A DNA stretch of 64,000 nucleotides from a virus. The notes under the pieces were generated by a model. The model searched no databases. It saw nothing but the letters and a program-made list of their open reading frames with translations, and had not been told where the DNA came from. Position 1 is the first letter of the stretch, and each line of letters starts with the position of its first letter. The stretch is from IMG/VR virus record IMGVR_UViG_3300027573_000964. One strand, 5' to 3'. A program made the translations under genes and the position numbers. Shown piece by piece: positions 26,813 through 35,974 of this stretch.

Positions 26813-27175
26813 TCATCCCTTACTTTGGAGCGCCACTTCTTCCGCTCCTTTTTCTTTTGTTTCGACTCCATCGCTCCCGCTGAGTTTCGGAACTTTGCGC
26901 TGACGGCTAACCAATTTCTTGGCTGCCTTGGCTTTTTTCGGGGTTTCTTCTTCGACATCTTCGTTTCTCCTGAACAAGCTCATAGTGGCTCTTGCGAGTT
27001 CCACAACTAATTTGCTATGCTCTATTGATTCATCGGCCTTACCCTTAAGGTATGCGTTAGACTGTTCCTTAAATTTTAAGTATGTGGGTTCGTCTTCCCA
27101 CTTATTCTTTTTACAGGCTACGAAGGCATTAACAAGCGCCTCTGGATATTCTTTACTCATTAACCTTCCTGCCAT
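26813..27175 (-). CDS. hypothetical Lys-rich protein
   Basis: 120 aa ORF. Confidence 0.45.
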   Translation of the reverse strand: MAGRLMSKEYPEALVNAFVACKKNKWEDEPTYLKFKEQSNAYLKGKADESIEHSKLVVELARATMSLFRRNEDVEEETPKKAKAAKKLVSRQRKVPKLSGSDGVETKEKGAEEVALQSKG

Positions 27176-27351
27176 TCTATATACTTTTTGCCATACTCAG
27201 AAGTCAGCCATTTTTGACCAACCTCTGTTGCGAGAAATTGATTGAATTGAATTATAAAGTCTGCGCTAGCGAATATTTTATCGAACTTTTCAGAATATAG
27301 TCGCCAGTTCAAATCGACCATAAACTTAAGTTGTTCCATCCTCTTTTTCAT
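27160..27351 (-). CDS. hypothetical protein
   Basis: 63 aa ORF. Confidence 0.4.
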   Translation of the reverse strand: MKKRMEQLKFMVDLNWRLYSEKFDKIFASADFIIQFNQFLATEVGQKWLTSEYGKKYIEWQEG

Positions 27352-27592
27352 TTTTTTCCTTGGCGGCCTTTATCTTCTTAGATAGTGTGTCCCAACCTTC
27401 ATCTAAAATACATTCTTTTTTACCGCAAGCACATTCAATATTAAACAATAAGTCTATCGAGGTAGGAACAAATACATAAGAAAGAGAACCACCTATGGCA
27501 CCGTGATACTTGCCACGAACAGAGCACTCATGCTCGTTAATCCATTTCTTAAGTTGCTCTTCTTGGTAATCAGTTATTACAAAGTATCTCAT
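27326..27592 (-). CDS. hypothetical protein
   Basis: 88 aa ORF. Confidence 0.45.
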   Translation of the reverse strand: MRYFVITDYQEEQLKKWINEHECSVRGKYHGAIGGSLSYVFVPTSIDLLFNIECACGKKECILDEGWDTLSKKIKAAKEKNEKEDGTT

Positions 27593-27918
27593 TCTTCACC
27601 CGACCTGTTTCTTTGTAAATTTTGCATGTTCAGCTCAAACTCTATTAAAGGCATAAATATTACATGCTTTTCTACCCAGTCATTCAATTTAAGCTGAAAT
27701 TCTTTATAGTCTATCTTGAATCTATGAGCATGAGTAGTATCATATAGGTGGTTAGTCAGAGCACTTTTAGCAGCACCGAGACCATTCCACACATACTTAT
27801 TACTTCTGGTTTTAACTCGCTGACCATCTACTAAGATAATATAGGCAACTTTTTTGCTTTGAGGGATATTGAAGCTAAATGAGCTTTGAAGCAAGACGTC
27901 TAATTCATTAGGAGTCAT
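27589..27918 (-). CDS. hypothetical protein
   Basis: 109 aa ORF. Confidence 0.5.
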   Translation of the reverse strand: MTPNELDVLLQSSFSFNIPQSKKVAYIILVDGQRVKTRSNKYVWNGLGAAKSALTNHLYDTTHAHRFKIDYKEFQLKLNDWVEKHVIFMPLIEFELNMQNLQRNRSGEE

Positions 27919-28703
27919 ACGTTATCCACACCAAACACACTGCTTAAGTGTGAAAATCTGACATACTTTTCTTTTAGTTCGTCAGTTAATAATTTATTCT
28001 GCATTTCTGGATAATATTCATTGTGCAGTTTGGCACGTCTTTCATTTGCTAATTTGTCAGCCAAGTAAGAATAACTTGCAAATACTTTCTTGCGATCTAA
28101 ATGTGAGTTATATAATTCGTCTTCACGAATCATTGCATCGACTCTACTACGGATATTAGCCATTACAGAAGAGTATTCTTCTGCCTTTTGTTTTAGACTT
28201 TCTCTTTCGTCAAATAGAGCCTTTAATTTGGGACACTCATTTATGTCTAATTTAAGTCCAGCGTGGAAACCATTACCATGTCCAGACGCGCCACCATTAA
28301 TATCCATGCCCCTCATAATTGGGCCGCCGTCGCGAGCCTCATAACCAAAATTATGTCCGCTAGTTAAAGGGTCATAACTAACATCCTTACCATCCAATGA
28401 CGAGCCCTTTACACTAAATATTATAAGATTTTTTTCTATTCTTGGAGTACGTTCCATACTAATAGAAATTTTCTTCTTATGAAATCTTTTATAAAATCTC
28501 TCTATCATGGAAGGTATATCATCTATGCTGGATAAATTGAGTCTAAACCAATCAGCTTGTTTCTTTAGTTTATCTTGATATGCTTTAGATTTCTTTTTTC
28601 TTTGCTGCTTCTTATAACAAGCACTAATACATTTAGCAGCTTTCTTTTCATCAGCAAAAACTGCTTCACAATGTTCGCATTGGTAGGCATATACTCGAAT
28701 CAT
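27915..28703 (-). CDS. hypothetical protein with N-terminal zinc ribbon
   Basis: 262 aa; CEHCE...CISAC. Confidence 0.5.
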   Translation of the reverse strand: MIRVYAYQCEHCEAVFADEKKAAKCISACYKKQQRKKKSKAYQDKLKKQADWFRLNLSSIDDIPSMIERFYKRFHKKKISISMERTPRIEKNLIIFSVKGSSLDGKDVSYDPLTSGHNFGYEARDGGPIMRGMDINGGASGHGNGFHAGLKLDINECPKLKALFDERESLKQKAEEYSSVMANIRSRVDAMIREDELYNSHLDRKKVFASYSYLADKLANERRAKLHNEYYPEMQNKLLTDELKEKYVRFSHLSSVFGVDNV

Positions 28704-28845
28704 AATTGGATAACTACCTCTTTAGTATCTTCTTTTTCTGGTTGCGGCTCTAGTTCTTCTAATGGTATTTCTATTTGTGGGCGATTATCTTCTTGTTCTT
28801 TGCGCTCTCTTTTTCTAATCTCTTCGATAATAAAGGCATCAAGCA

Positions 28846-29220
28846 TCATCTATCCAGTAGTGGAGAAGTTATTATACAATTAGCCGAACTTTCATTACAA
28901 GCTATAGGAATGTTATATACGGCAGCTATTCTAATTAATGCTTTAACATCTACGTCGTGTGGATGGGGATATAACGGATCCCAGAAGAATATAACACAGT
29001 TAATTTCACCCTCGGCTATCTTTGCTCCGGCTTGTTGGTCACCACCTAACGGACCACTTTTAAGCAGTATTACTTGTAATTCTGGATTTCGGTGTTGTAT
29101 CAGTTTGCCTGTAGTGAGAGTAGCATATAGTTTATGCTTAAGTAATATACTTAGATTTGTCTCTACCCACTTCATCATGTCTGGTTTTTTGTTGTCGTGG
29201 GCAATTAGGACTATATTCAT
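28846..29220 (-). CDS. mgsA: methylglyoxal synthase
   Basis: 124 aa; IVLIAHDNKK...LYATLTTGKLI...LKSGPLGGDQQAGAKIAEGEINCVIFFWDPLYPHPHDVDVKALIRIAAVYNIPIA aligns with bacterial MgsA along full length. Confidence 0.85.
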   Translation of the reverse strand: MNIVLIAHDNKKPDMMKWVETNLSILLKHKLYATLTTGKLIQHRNPELQVILLKSGPLGGDQQAGAKIAEGEINCVIFFWDPLYPHPHDVDVKALIRIAAVYNIPIACNESSANCIITSPLLDR

Positions 29221-29586
29221 CTATCTCAACTTGCTCGTACTTTCTTGCCGCTTCTCTTCGGCCCACGCTTCTATGTCAAATGGAGTACCGTCTTTTTTAT
29301 GTAATGGCTCTATCTTAAATATTTGAGAACTGTTATGAGTTACCCAACAGGACTTGCCATTAACACTACCGAGTCTGGTTACATTAAATACAGCCATAAA
29401 TCTTTTAAGAAAATCTACATCGACCGAATAGCCTAATCCTTGCACGCCCCAAGTATCGTACTCAAACGAACCCAATAGAACAGAAAATCCATGGTCTTCT
29501 ATTCCAAAGTCAAAACCAGAACATTTTGCTAACGAACGCTCTCTATCACTCATAGTTTCTCCTAAATCGTAAGACCGATACCCCAT
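29221..29586 (-). CDS. hypothetical protein
   Basis: 121 aa ORF. Confidence 0.5.
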   Translation of the reverse strand: MGYRSYDLGETMSDRERSLAKCSGFDFGIEDHGFSVLLGSFEYDTWGVQGLGYSVDVDFLKRFMAVFNVTRLGSVNGKSCWVTHNSSQIFKIEPLHKKDGTPFDIEAWAEEKRQESTSKLR

Positions 29587-29589
29587 CTA

Positions 29590-29728
29590 TCCGCACCACA
29601 GGACTGCCCTGACCAGCAGGCCACGGAACCCTCGGATTCATTGTCAGCAGAATCCTACACCAAAAGCACAATTAGGTGGGCAAGCTACTCGGTGTAGCCT
29701 GATTTATTGGCTTTTCGGTATCGGCAAA
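29590..29728. other. GC-rich structured intergenic element (candidate small RNA / structured leader)
   Basis: ~140 nt, ~60% GC in a ~38% GC genome; several hairpins (ggattc-N10-gaatcc; ctacacc-N29-ggtgtag; gcctgattt...aaatcagc); no T-arm so not a tRNA. Confidence 0.3.
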
Positions 29729-30160
29729 TCAGCCCTCATCTACCTTTTCGTAGACTTCAAGAAGGGCTTCTCGTGTAACTAAACTTAATCCTATTGTCTT
29801 TAATAAATTACCAGAATCAAAACACTCTAACACCATTTTATCAAGATTGATTATATAACTATATTCATTGAATAGTCCATCTTTCATAAAATCAGAATCA
29901 TCTGGAAATTGAGTCAGCACTCCGTCATACACCGCATGAAGCATTGGAGAGCCTTCAAGATTTCTAATGTCTGCATCATCGTCAATCACGCTCAAATTAG
30001 CCACCTTTGTAGCTAATTGCTTCCAACCATCTTCGGCATTCACTCTCTCAATGAAAGTAACTGTATCGATACCTAGACCATCTGGATATGAATCAGAATG
30101 ATTATATACAATATTATCTCTGCCGTTATATCTAAACCCTATTGCGCCACGAGTACTCAT
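29729..30160 (-). CDS. hypothetical protein
   Basis: 143 aa ORF. Confidence 0.5.
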   Translation of the reverse strand: MSTRGAIGFRYNGRDNIVYNHSDSYPDGLGIDTVTFIERVNAEDGWKQLATKVANLSVIDDDADIRNLEGSPMLHAVYDGVLTQFPDDSDFMKDGLFNEYSYIINLDKMVLECFDSGNLLKTIGLSLVTREALLEVYEKVDEG

Positions 30161-30600
30161 ACGGTTTTATCCTCTAGCATAGCATCATATACATCATCAG
30201 GTTTTCCCAACTCAACTGACTCTACAGTGAAGAATCTCAAATTAGAATTGTCTAGTATTCTTTTTACATCAGCATCGCTTAATTCTGGAGTAGAGTCATT
30301 TCCATCGGTTGCCACTTTAAGAGACTGCAATATCCCTTCCAGCTTACCAGTTTTATCTATGTCCTCTACACTGTAAAAATAACTAGCAATACCACCATGT
30401 CCTGATATCGCGCTTCGCATAGATTTGATATTCATATGCTCACAGTAGGTATTAGCCATACCTTCATCAGAAAAAACTTTTAAAGGCGATCCACCAGCAG
30501 CATCTGGTCTATAATTTATCTCGTCATTGTACTCAAACCCGAGTTCCATAACTACGTAGTGGCAACTATTATTGGGTAATTGATTTTTCTTTTTCTTCAT
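30157..30600 (-). CDS. hypothetical protein
   Basis: 147 aa ORF. Confidence 0.5.
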   Translation of the reverse strand: MKKKKNQLPNNSCHYVVMELGFEYNDEINYRPDAAGGSPLKVFSDEGMANTYCEHMNIKSMRSAISGHGGIASYFYSVEDIDKTGKLEGILQSLKVATDGNDSTPELSDADVKRILDNSNLRFFTVESVELGKPDDVYDAMLEDKTV

Positions 30601-31006
30601 CTGCTTCCTCGTTCATATTGTTAATTAGTTTTCTGAACATATTTTTGTTAAGTGAAAACCATAACGCTTGTTTCATGTGCTTAAAATAATCGGTAACGCT
30701 TGGTATCCAGCCCATATCTTCATATATGTGTTGCTCGGCTATGTCCCTGACACCAACTTTTTTACCATCACTATTAGTAATGTATGATGCTTTGACTATT
30801 TTTCCATCTGGTAAGGTTTCATAGTCCCCAAAGACACGCTCAACTAAAAAGCATCCAAATGCGCTGTGTAGTAAGGCACGATGTCGCATATCCGCTATAT
30901 GTGCTTTAGAGCTATCCATAAAATCATGTATTGGCATATAGTCGTATATATTGCCGCCCCACTTCTTTACACTATTCTTTGCGTGTATGTGAGAGTCCAT
31001 TTTCAT
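30569..31006 (-). CDS. hypothetical protein
   Basis: 145 aa ORF. Confidence 0.5.
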   Translation of the reverse strand: MKMDSHIHAKNSVKKWGGNIYDYMPIHDFMDSSKAHIADMRHRALLHSAFGCFLVERVFGDYETLPDGKIVKASYITNSDGKKVGVRDIAEQHIYEDMGWIPSVTDYFKHMKQALWFSLNKNMFRKLINNMNEEADEEKEKSITQ

Positions 31007-31358
31007 ATACCTGCTTTATCAAAATACCTGTGTGCTTTTCAACTACAAATATATTGTACCAAGTGTCTTTATCGAAATTATCCGGCATTCCATGAACCCA
31101 GTAGCGCCCATACGAACGAACTGTATGGTCTATACTAACCAAGCCGCCCCAGACTGTATTGCCATCTGGGTCTATTATTGTAAGCCAATCTCCAGTTTCA
31201 AGAATATTAAGACCACCATAGTCCCATGCCTTATCTACTCCATGGGACTTTTGCCATTCACTTGGCTCGATCATATATTCAAAATCTTGTAGCGCCCAAT
31301 ATACGCCTTCGGTTCCAGTTTCCCAAAAGGCATGAAGTACGCCCTTTATTTGTTTCAT
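30972..31358 (-). CDS. hypothetical protein
   Basis: 128 aa ORF. Confidence 0.5.
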   Translation of the reverse strand: MKQIKGVLHAFWETGTEGVYWALQDFEYMIEPSEWQKSHGVDKAWDYGGLNILETGDWLTIIDPDGNTVWGGLVSIDHTVRSYGRYWVHGMPDNFDKDTWYNIFVVEKHTGILIKQVYENGLSHTRKE

Positions 31359-31633
31359 TAGACTGTTGGACCAGCAGAATCTATCTCAGCCGTTTCTTTA
31401 ATTGCCGCGTCTATATCAGTAGTTAGAGTAGATAGAAGATTAAGTCTTTCGTCAGACGAAAAAGCTAAAAGATCCTCTATCTCTTTATTGAACTTACGGT
31501 TCAAAGTAAGTAAAACGAGATGTTCCCTGTAATGAGAGGCACACACCGGAACTGATATTTGATTACCAAACATACCTCTGCCGCTCACCTCTCCATCACA
31601 TGGAGAGCCTATATTCCAAACACATACGCTCAT
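31358..31633 (-). CDS. small conserved protein, paralog family A, copy 4
   Basis: 91 aa; CVWNIGSPCDGE...VPVCASHYREH. Confidence 0.6.
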   Translation of the reverse strand: MSVCVWNIGSPCDGEVSGRGMFGNQISVPVCASHYREHLVLLTLNRKFNKEIEDLLAFSSDERLNLLSTLTTDIDAAIKETAEIDSAGPTV

Positions 31634-32199
31634 TTTTTATTCCTATATTTATTCCATACTTCCAAGTCCAGTACGGCTATATCTTTATTTTGTTTGTCGG
31701 CTTCTTGGATAAACCACTGTTCTATTTTTTTATATTGTTTTCGTGTAGGCGTGTGACTTGGAACTTTATAACCCAAGTCGGACAAATAACTAAGTGCGTG
31801 TCTATCTAATCCAGCCAATCTTTGTTTAGGTCGCGAATGGATTAGAAAACATCTAGCAGTTTTTGGACCGATACCTTTTATATTCTCAAGGTCATCCACA
31901 GTACAGGTTCGTAAATTAATTCCGCTTGATGCGATGTCTTTAAAGTATTTAGACTTAACATTATAGCAACCCATCCCACATTCTCCCATCCAATAGGCCA
32001 AATCTGATTGGGACATTCTATCGACTAAAATGAATGGTCTATAGTCACCACCCATTTTTCTTAAAGTTGCTAATAGGTTATCTAAACATTTTGCGGCGGT
32101 AACACCATTCTTACCAGCAGCACTTATCCAGAATAATATATGTTCTTCAAGTTGCTCATCGGTCAAATTATAATTAGTTATTTTTGTGGGGTCAATCAT
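31630..32199 (-). CDS. HhH-GPD superfamily DNA glycosylase-like protein
   Basis: 189 aa; helix-hairpin-helix LENIKGIGPKTARCFLIHS followed by GLDRHAL (catalytic Asp position). Confidence 0.5.
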   Translation of the reverse strand: MIDPTKITNYNLTDEQLEEHILFWISAAGKNGVTAAKCLDNLLATLRKMGGDYRPFILVDRMSQSDLAYWMGECGMGCYNVKSKYFKDIASSGINLRTCTVDDLENIKGIGPKTARCFLIHSRPKQRLAGLDRHALSYLSDLGYKVPSHTPTRKQYKKIEQWFIQEADKQNKDIAVLDLEVWNKYRNKK

Positions 32200-32405
32200 T
32201 TTCTATCTAAGAAACTAAAGTCTTCATTGGGAAACATGCCTTCCATAACCTTGCGCAACTCATCAAAACCTTTTTTACTTTCTTCGAGGCCACACATATC
32301 TTCGCAAAACATTCCATATTCATTAGTCTTGCTGACTGGCTTTCCGCATTGGTCACAGTTTAACCATAAATGACCCGGTTTTGGTTCAGTAACTTTGATT
32401 CCCAT
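32196..32405 (-). CDS. hypothetical zinc-ribbon protein
   Basis: 69 aa; CDQCGK...CEDMC. Confidence 0.4.
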   Translation of the reverse strand: MGIKVTEPKPGHLWLNCDQCGKPVSKTNEYGMFCEDMCGLEESKKGFDELRKVMEGMFPNEDFSFLDRK

Positions 32406-32768
32406 TTAATAACTCAACATCCTTTTGTATATTTCTTTTACATCGTCTTTTAATTTACTACACATAGCTTGCCAATAAGTGGAAATGCCCTGGACATTAG
32501 TTCCATTCAGCCAAGGATAAACTGTATCCCAATAATCAGTAATATTGTCCATGTTGTCATTAGCCTGTATGCCAACAAATTTGTGCTCTTCTTTTCTACG
32601 ACCATCTTTAGTCTCATATAGATAAAAATATAGCTTACCTTTGCGGTCAGAATTCTTTACAGTTATGTTATCTATTACTAAAGTATGAACTAACAACCAC
32701 TTCTTTCTGCCAAACATCTCACTGATATTCCTCTGGTGGCGCGTCGCCGTTGAAGTTCCATTCACCAA
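32406..32768 (-). CDS. hypothetical protein, paralog family B (YLYE...GRR...YPW..G.N..I.YW), copy 1
   Basis: 120 aa; similar to 33669..34022. Confidence 0.5.
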   Translation of the reverse strand: MVNGTSTATRHQRNISEMFGRKKWLLVHTLVIDNITVKNSDRKGKLYFYLYETKDGRRKEEHKFVGIQANDNMDNITDYWDTVYPWLNGTNVQGISTYWQAMCSKLKDDVKEIYKRMLSY

Positions 32769-32985
32769 AATAATTAAGGAACTCTTCTGTTTCTTCTAAC
32801 ATAGGAGACTTAACTTTTTTGACCAACTCTTCCATCGTCTTTTGATCAATCTCTAACGAACAGGTTTTGCTGGGGCCATCTTTTAAAGTGATGCAATAGT
32901 TCCCTGTCTTTGTCTTTACTACAGGACCAAATATCTTTAGTCCTTCTTCAGTAACACAAACAGTATCGCTCATTAGAGTTATCAT
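32719..32985 (-). CDS. hypothetical protein
   Basis: 88 aa ORF. Confidence 0.45.
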   Translation of the reverse strand: MITLMSDTVCVTEEGLKIFGPVVKTKTGNYCITLKDGPSKTCSLEIDQKTMEELVKKVKSPMLEETEEFLNYFGEWNFNGDAPPEEYQ

Positions 32986-33114
32986 ATTATTTCCTTTTAG
33001 AACTTTCGTGTATTAAGGTTTCGATTGTATTACGTCTAATACCATTATTTTCAGTAGTATAAATATATGGTATAGTTTCTCTGTAGCCATCGAAATAATG
33101 TTTATATACTGCCT

Positions 33115-33573
33115 TCATAATTGATAGCATATCAGTGCCCTTGGGTCTAATAATTCGTCTGGCTTATTTTCGTTAAGACGCCACCAGACTGTTTTAGTGG
33201 TTCCGTGTTTATATAGCTCAAGATGAAGCATTGAAGTCGGGCGGCCCTTATCTTGCTTCAGAACTCGTTTAACTTTTCCAATCAACTCGCCAGCTTTAAT
33301 TACTTGCCCATACTTAACAAGAGGCTCGACTTCACCATACGCAACAACACCGGAATAGCTTTCAATTAGTATTGATTTGGTATCATTCCACCAAGGAGAC
33401 CCTGCTTTTTCGCCGGTAAAGTCTTCTATTGAAATAACTATGCCGTCTTCAATGGCGAATACTTCCGAACTTTCATCGCAATACAAATCTATTCCAGTAT
33501 GAATATCATACTTACGAACAGCACCAAACTGTCCATGTTCATCTGGCCATTGAAACTGCTTGAGCGGAAGCAT
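33115..33573 (-). CDS. peptidase M23 (LytM-domain) metallopeptidase
   Basis: 152 aa; HTGIDLY (HxxxD) and SMLHLELYKHG (HxH) motifs. Confidence 0.65.
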   Translation of the reverse strand: MLPLKQFQWPDEHGQFGAVRKYDIHTGIDLYCDESSEVFAIEDGIVISIEDFTGEKAGSPWWNDTKSILIESYSGVVAYGEVEPLVKYGQVIKAGELIGKVKRVLKQDKGRPTSMLHLELYKHGTTKTVWWRLNENKPDELLDPRALICYQL

Positions 33574-33587
33574 TTAATTCTTTCGTA

Positions 33588-33663
33588 TGGGGTGACCAAT
33601 GGAATTCGAATCCATGTTACCCGAGTCACAGTCGGGAGTCCTAACCGCTAGACGATGGCCACC
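33588..33663 (-). tRNA. tRNA-His(GUG) with genomically encoded G-1 and C73
   Basis: RC G-GTGGCCA-TC-GTCTAGCGGTTAGGAC-T-CCCGA-CTGTGAC-TCGGG...ATGGATTCGAATTCCAT-TGGTCAC-C-CCA; extra 5' G pairs with discriminator C. Confidence 0.85.
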
Positions 33664-33668
33664 ATAAT

Positions 33669-34022
33669 TTATTTTTTGAAACTTACATTTGGATTATTGG
33701 GAGTAAGTATAAGTTTATAAAGCCTATCTACATGTTTAGTATTCTCACCATTTATCTTATCCCAATAAGAAGGAATATCATTAAAGTTTTCACCTCTTGA
33801 CCATGGATAAACATATTTTAAGTAATACTTCATTTCTGATCCTTTGCAGTAATCCTTGCAATAACCAGTTTCTTTTATTTCGAATCGTCGGCGCCCTAAA
33901 TTACTTTCATATAGATAATAATAAATAACTTCATCTTTTTTTATATCAGTCCATTGCACTACGGCTTCTTTTGTCGCAACCAAGCGCCAATCTTCTCTTG
34001 GCTTTTTCTTAAACCAATTCAT
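33669..34022 (-). CDS. hypothetical protein, paralog family B, copy 2
   Basis: 117 aa. Confidence 0.5.
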   Translation of the reverse strand: MNWFKKKPREDWRLVATKEAVVQWTDIKKDEVIYYYLYESNLGRRRFEIKETGYCKDYCKGSEMKYYLKYVYPWSRGENFNDIPSYWDKINGENTKHVDRLYKLILTPNNPNVSFKK

Positions 34023-34615
34023 TCTGTTACAATCCCAAATGCTCTTAATTCGTCTTGCGATACGCCATCTATTGCTAAATTAAATAATTCAGTGGCCTCT
34101 TCTAAAGTAAGATTTCTTTTGGCCATATCGAAGTCATCATTACCACAGCACCATATATAATAAGTTCCGTCTTGTTGCATCTTATTATCAAGGTATTTGT
34201 AGGTCTTAAATACTCCAATTACAAAATGAGGAGCGCCATCTTTAACCCAATCGCCATACCAGCTTTCTTTTGGCGCGCACTCAACTAACTTACAAAGCAC
34301 TGCTCTGTTGGCAAATCCATTATAATATTCTTGTAAGGATGAATCGCCTCGATTGTCAGTAAGCTCACGTTTGCTTTTTTCTACAACATAGTGTAGCTTT
34401 TCTACAGCCTTTTGTATCCACTCTTTGCGCTGCTCTGTAGTGTGAATATCTTTCTCCCAAGCATTATAGTATGCATAAAGGGCATTACAAGATACCTCCA
34501 GAGTATAATATCCCTCTTTAAATCTGGGCTTGAACTCAAAAGTACATATACTTTTTATGTTATTGGGATGTTGCTCTTCCCATATTTTTATATTGGATTT
34601 TGAATCTTTTCTCAT
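34019..34615 (-). CDS. hypothetical protein
   Basis: ORF 34019..34651 trimmed to second Met (MRKDSKSN); first 12 codons overlap tRNA-Ser. Confidence 0.5.
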   Translation of the reverse strand: MRKDSKSNIKIWEEQHPNNIKSICTFEFKPRFKEGYYTLEVSCNALYAYYNAWEKDIHTTEQRKEWIQKAVEKLHYVVEKSKRELTDNRGDSSLQEYYNGFANRAVLCKLVECAPKESWYGDWVKDGAPHFVIGVFKTYKYLDNKMQQDGTYYIWCCGNDDFDMAKRNLTLEEATELFNLAIDGVSQDELRAFGIVTE

Positions 34616-34621
34616 GACGAT

Positions 34622-34713
34622 TGGCGGAAGGCAAGGGAATCGAACCCTCAATGCCCTTTTGAGGCATACTCGCTTTCCAGGCGAGCGCCACCTACCTATA
34701 TGACAAACCTTCC
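34622..34713 (-). tRNA. tRNA-Ser(GGA), type II
   Basis: 92 nt; acceptor GGAAGGT/GCCTTCC; anticodon arm CTCGC-CTGGAAA-GCGAG; variable arm ATGCC-TCAAAAG-GGCAT; T-loop TTCGATT; CCA. Confidence 0.8.
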
Positions 34714-34922
34714 TATCCTACGTAAGTTCTAACAACTAAACCATTCTCTACTATTAAGTTTATTCTATCGAGTTTAAATTCGGCTGTCATAGCAAAACTT
34801 TTACCATCTTCTTGAACTACTCTAACGGTATAGCCTTGTGCTACTAAATCGCCTTCTGCTTGTTGAACTGTTTTCCCAACGACGCTGCTCATTTGTATAA
34901 CCCTATTTTGAAATATTGCCAC
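34713..34922 (-). CDS. peptidase inhibitor I78-like small protein, copy 2
   Basis: 69 aa; EFKLDRINLIVENGLVVRTYVG. Confidence 0.45.
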   Translation of the reverse strand: MAIFQNRVIQMSSVVGKTVQQAEGDLVAQGYTVRVVQEDGKSFAMTAEFKLDRINLIVENGLVVRTYVG

Positions 34923-34982
34923 TTACTATACAGCATTACATCTATAATTTCTAGGTCCTCTGAAAATACTTCCGGCTTATAG

Positions 34983-35180
34983 TCATGTTGTAGTATCATT
35001 TGATATAGATATTTTATTTCTTTTGTGTTCATCTATCATACTTTGTACTTTAAATCTACAAGCACCACAACCGGCAGTGACGCCACTCTCAGGAATTAGT
35101 TTCTCTATGGTATTAAAACCACCGTCGATTAATTCTTCGATGTCGTCTTCGGTCTTTTCCATACACAAGCAAACATACAT
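34983..35180 (-). CDS. BFD-like [2Fe-2S]-binding domain protein (putative)
   Basis: 65 aa; CLC ... AGCGAC Cys pattern. Confidence 0.45.
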   Translation of the reverse strand: MYVCLCMEKTEDDIEELIDGGFNTIEKLIPESGVTAGCGACRFKVQSMIDEHKRNKISISNDTTT

Positions 35181-35358
35181 TATCTAAACAACCTTATCAT
35201 TCTGGGCTTGCCATAATACTTAATATTTGGGTCATAAGTAGAGAAATATACTTCTATTAGTTCTTGCTTATCAATTGATTTCTCACAATATTTATTTATA
35301 AATATCTTCTTACCTTCTGATAAGATTAGTCTATAAAAATCTACAACACCGCCATTCA

Positions 35359-35544
35359 TTATGGAATAACTATATTATGGGAGAATTCGCAATACTTACC
35401 ACCTGCATACGTATCTCTGAACCACACTTCATATATATGATATGGGTGATATATATGTGGAGGAATGCGCGTAACCTTTAGTTCTTTAAATTGTTTCCCC
35501 TTAAAGAATGAAAGATATATGCTATTCAATACATGATTAGCCAT
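35359..35544 (-). CDS. hypothetical protein
   Basis: 61 aa ORF. Confidence 0.4.
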   Translation of the reverse strand: MANHVLNSIYLSFFKGKQFKELKVTRIPPHIYHPYHIYEVWFRDTYAGGKYCEFSHNIVIP

Positions 35545-35974
35545 TAGTTACTACCTCATTAGCCCACTTCAGTATTTTCTGGATACGCTCACGCGCCAGT
35601 TCCATAGCTTCTTCGTAATTAACCCAACGATATTCGTAGTGTTCAGCCTTACCTATTTCTGGATTGAATGGGAGCTCAATTTCTTTTCGAGTAGTTTCGG
35701 CTATGTAATAAGTTGCTACCTTACCCTTGCCATAAGGTTCGGTCTCTCTACTTACCTTGCCCCATTTGAAGTTTAATTCGGCGGGTTTAATAGTCGTTTC
35801 TTCTTCAACTTCACGCAGAGCGGCTTGCATCTTTGTCTCGCCATCTTCTGCTTTTCCCTTTGGAAAATCCCAATAGTCATCATCGGCGCGCAATAAAAGA
35901 AACTTATATTCGCCTTTCTCTAATCTGACTGGAATAACGCCGGCCGATATTATATGCTTGCTCACCTTACTCAT
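35537..35974 (-). CDS. Nudix hydrolase
   Basis: ORF 35537..36112 trimmed to internal Met MSKVSK to remove overlap; Nudix box GKAEDGETKMQAALREVEEETTI. Confidence 0.8.
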   Translation of the reverse strand: MSKVSKHIISAGVIPVRLEKGEYKFLLLRADDDYWDFPKGKAEDGETKMQAALREVEEETTIKPAELNFKWGKVSRETEPYGKGKVATYYIAETTRKEIELPFNPEIGKAEHYEYRWVNYEEAMELARERIQKILKWANEVVTNG

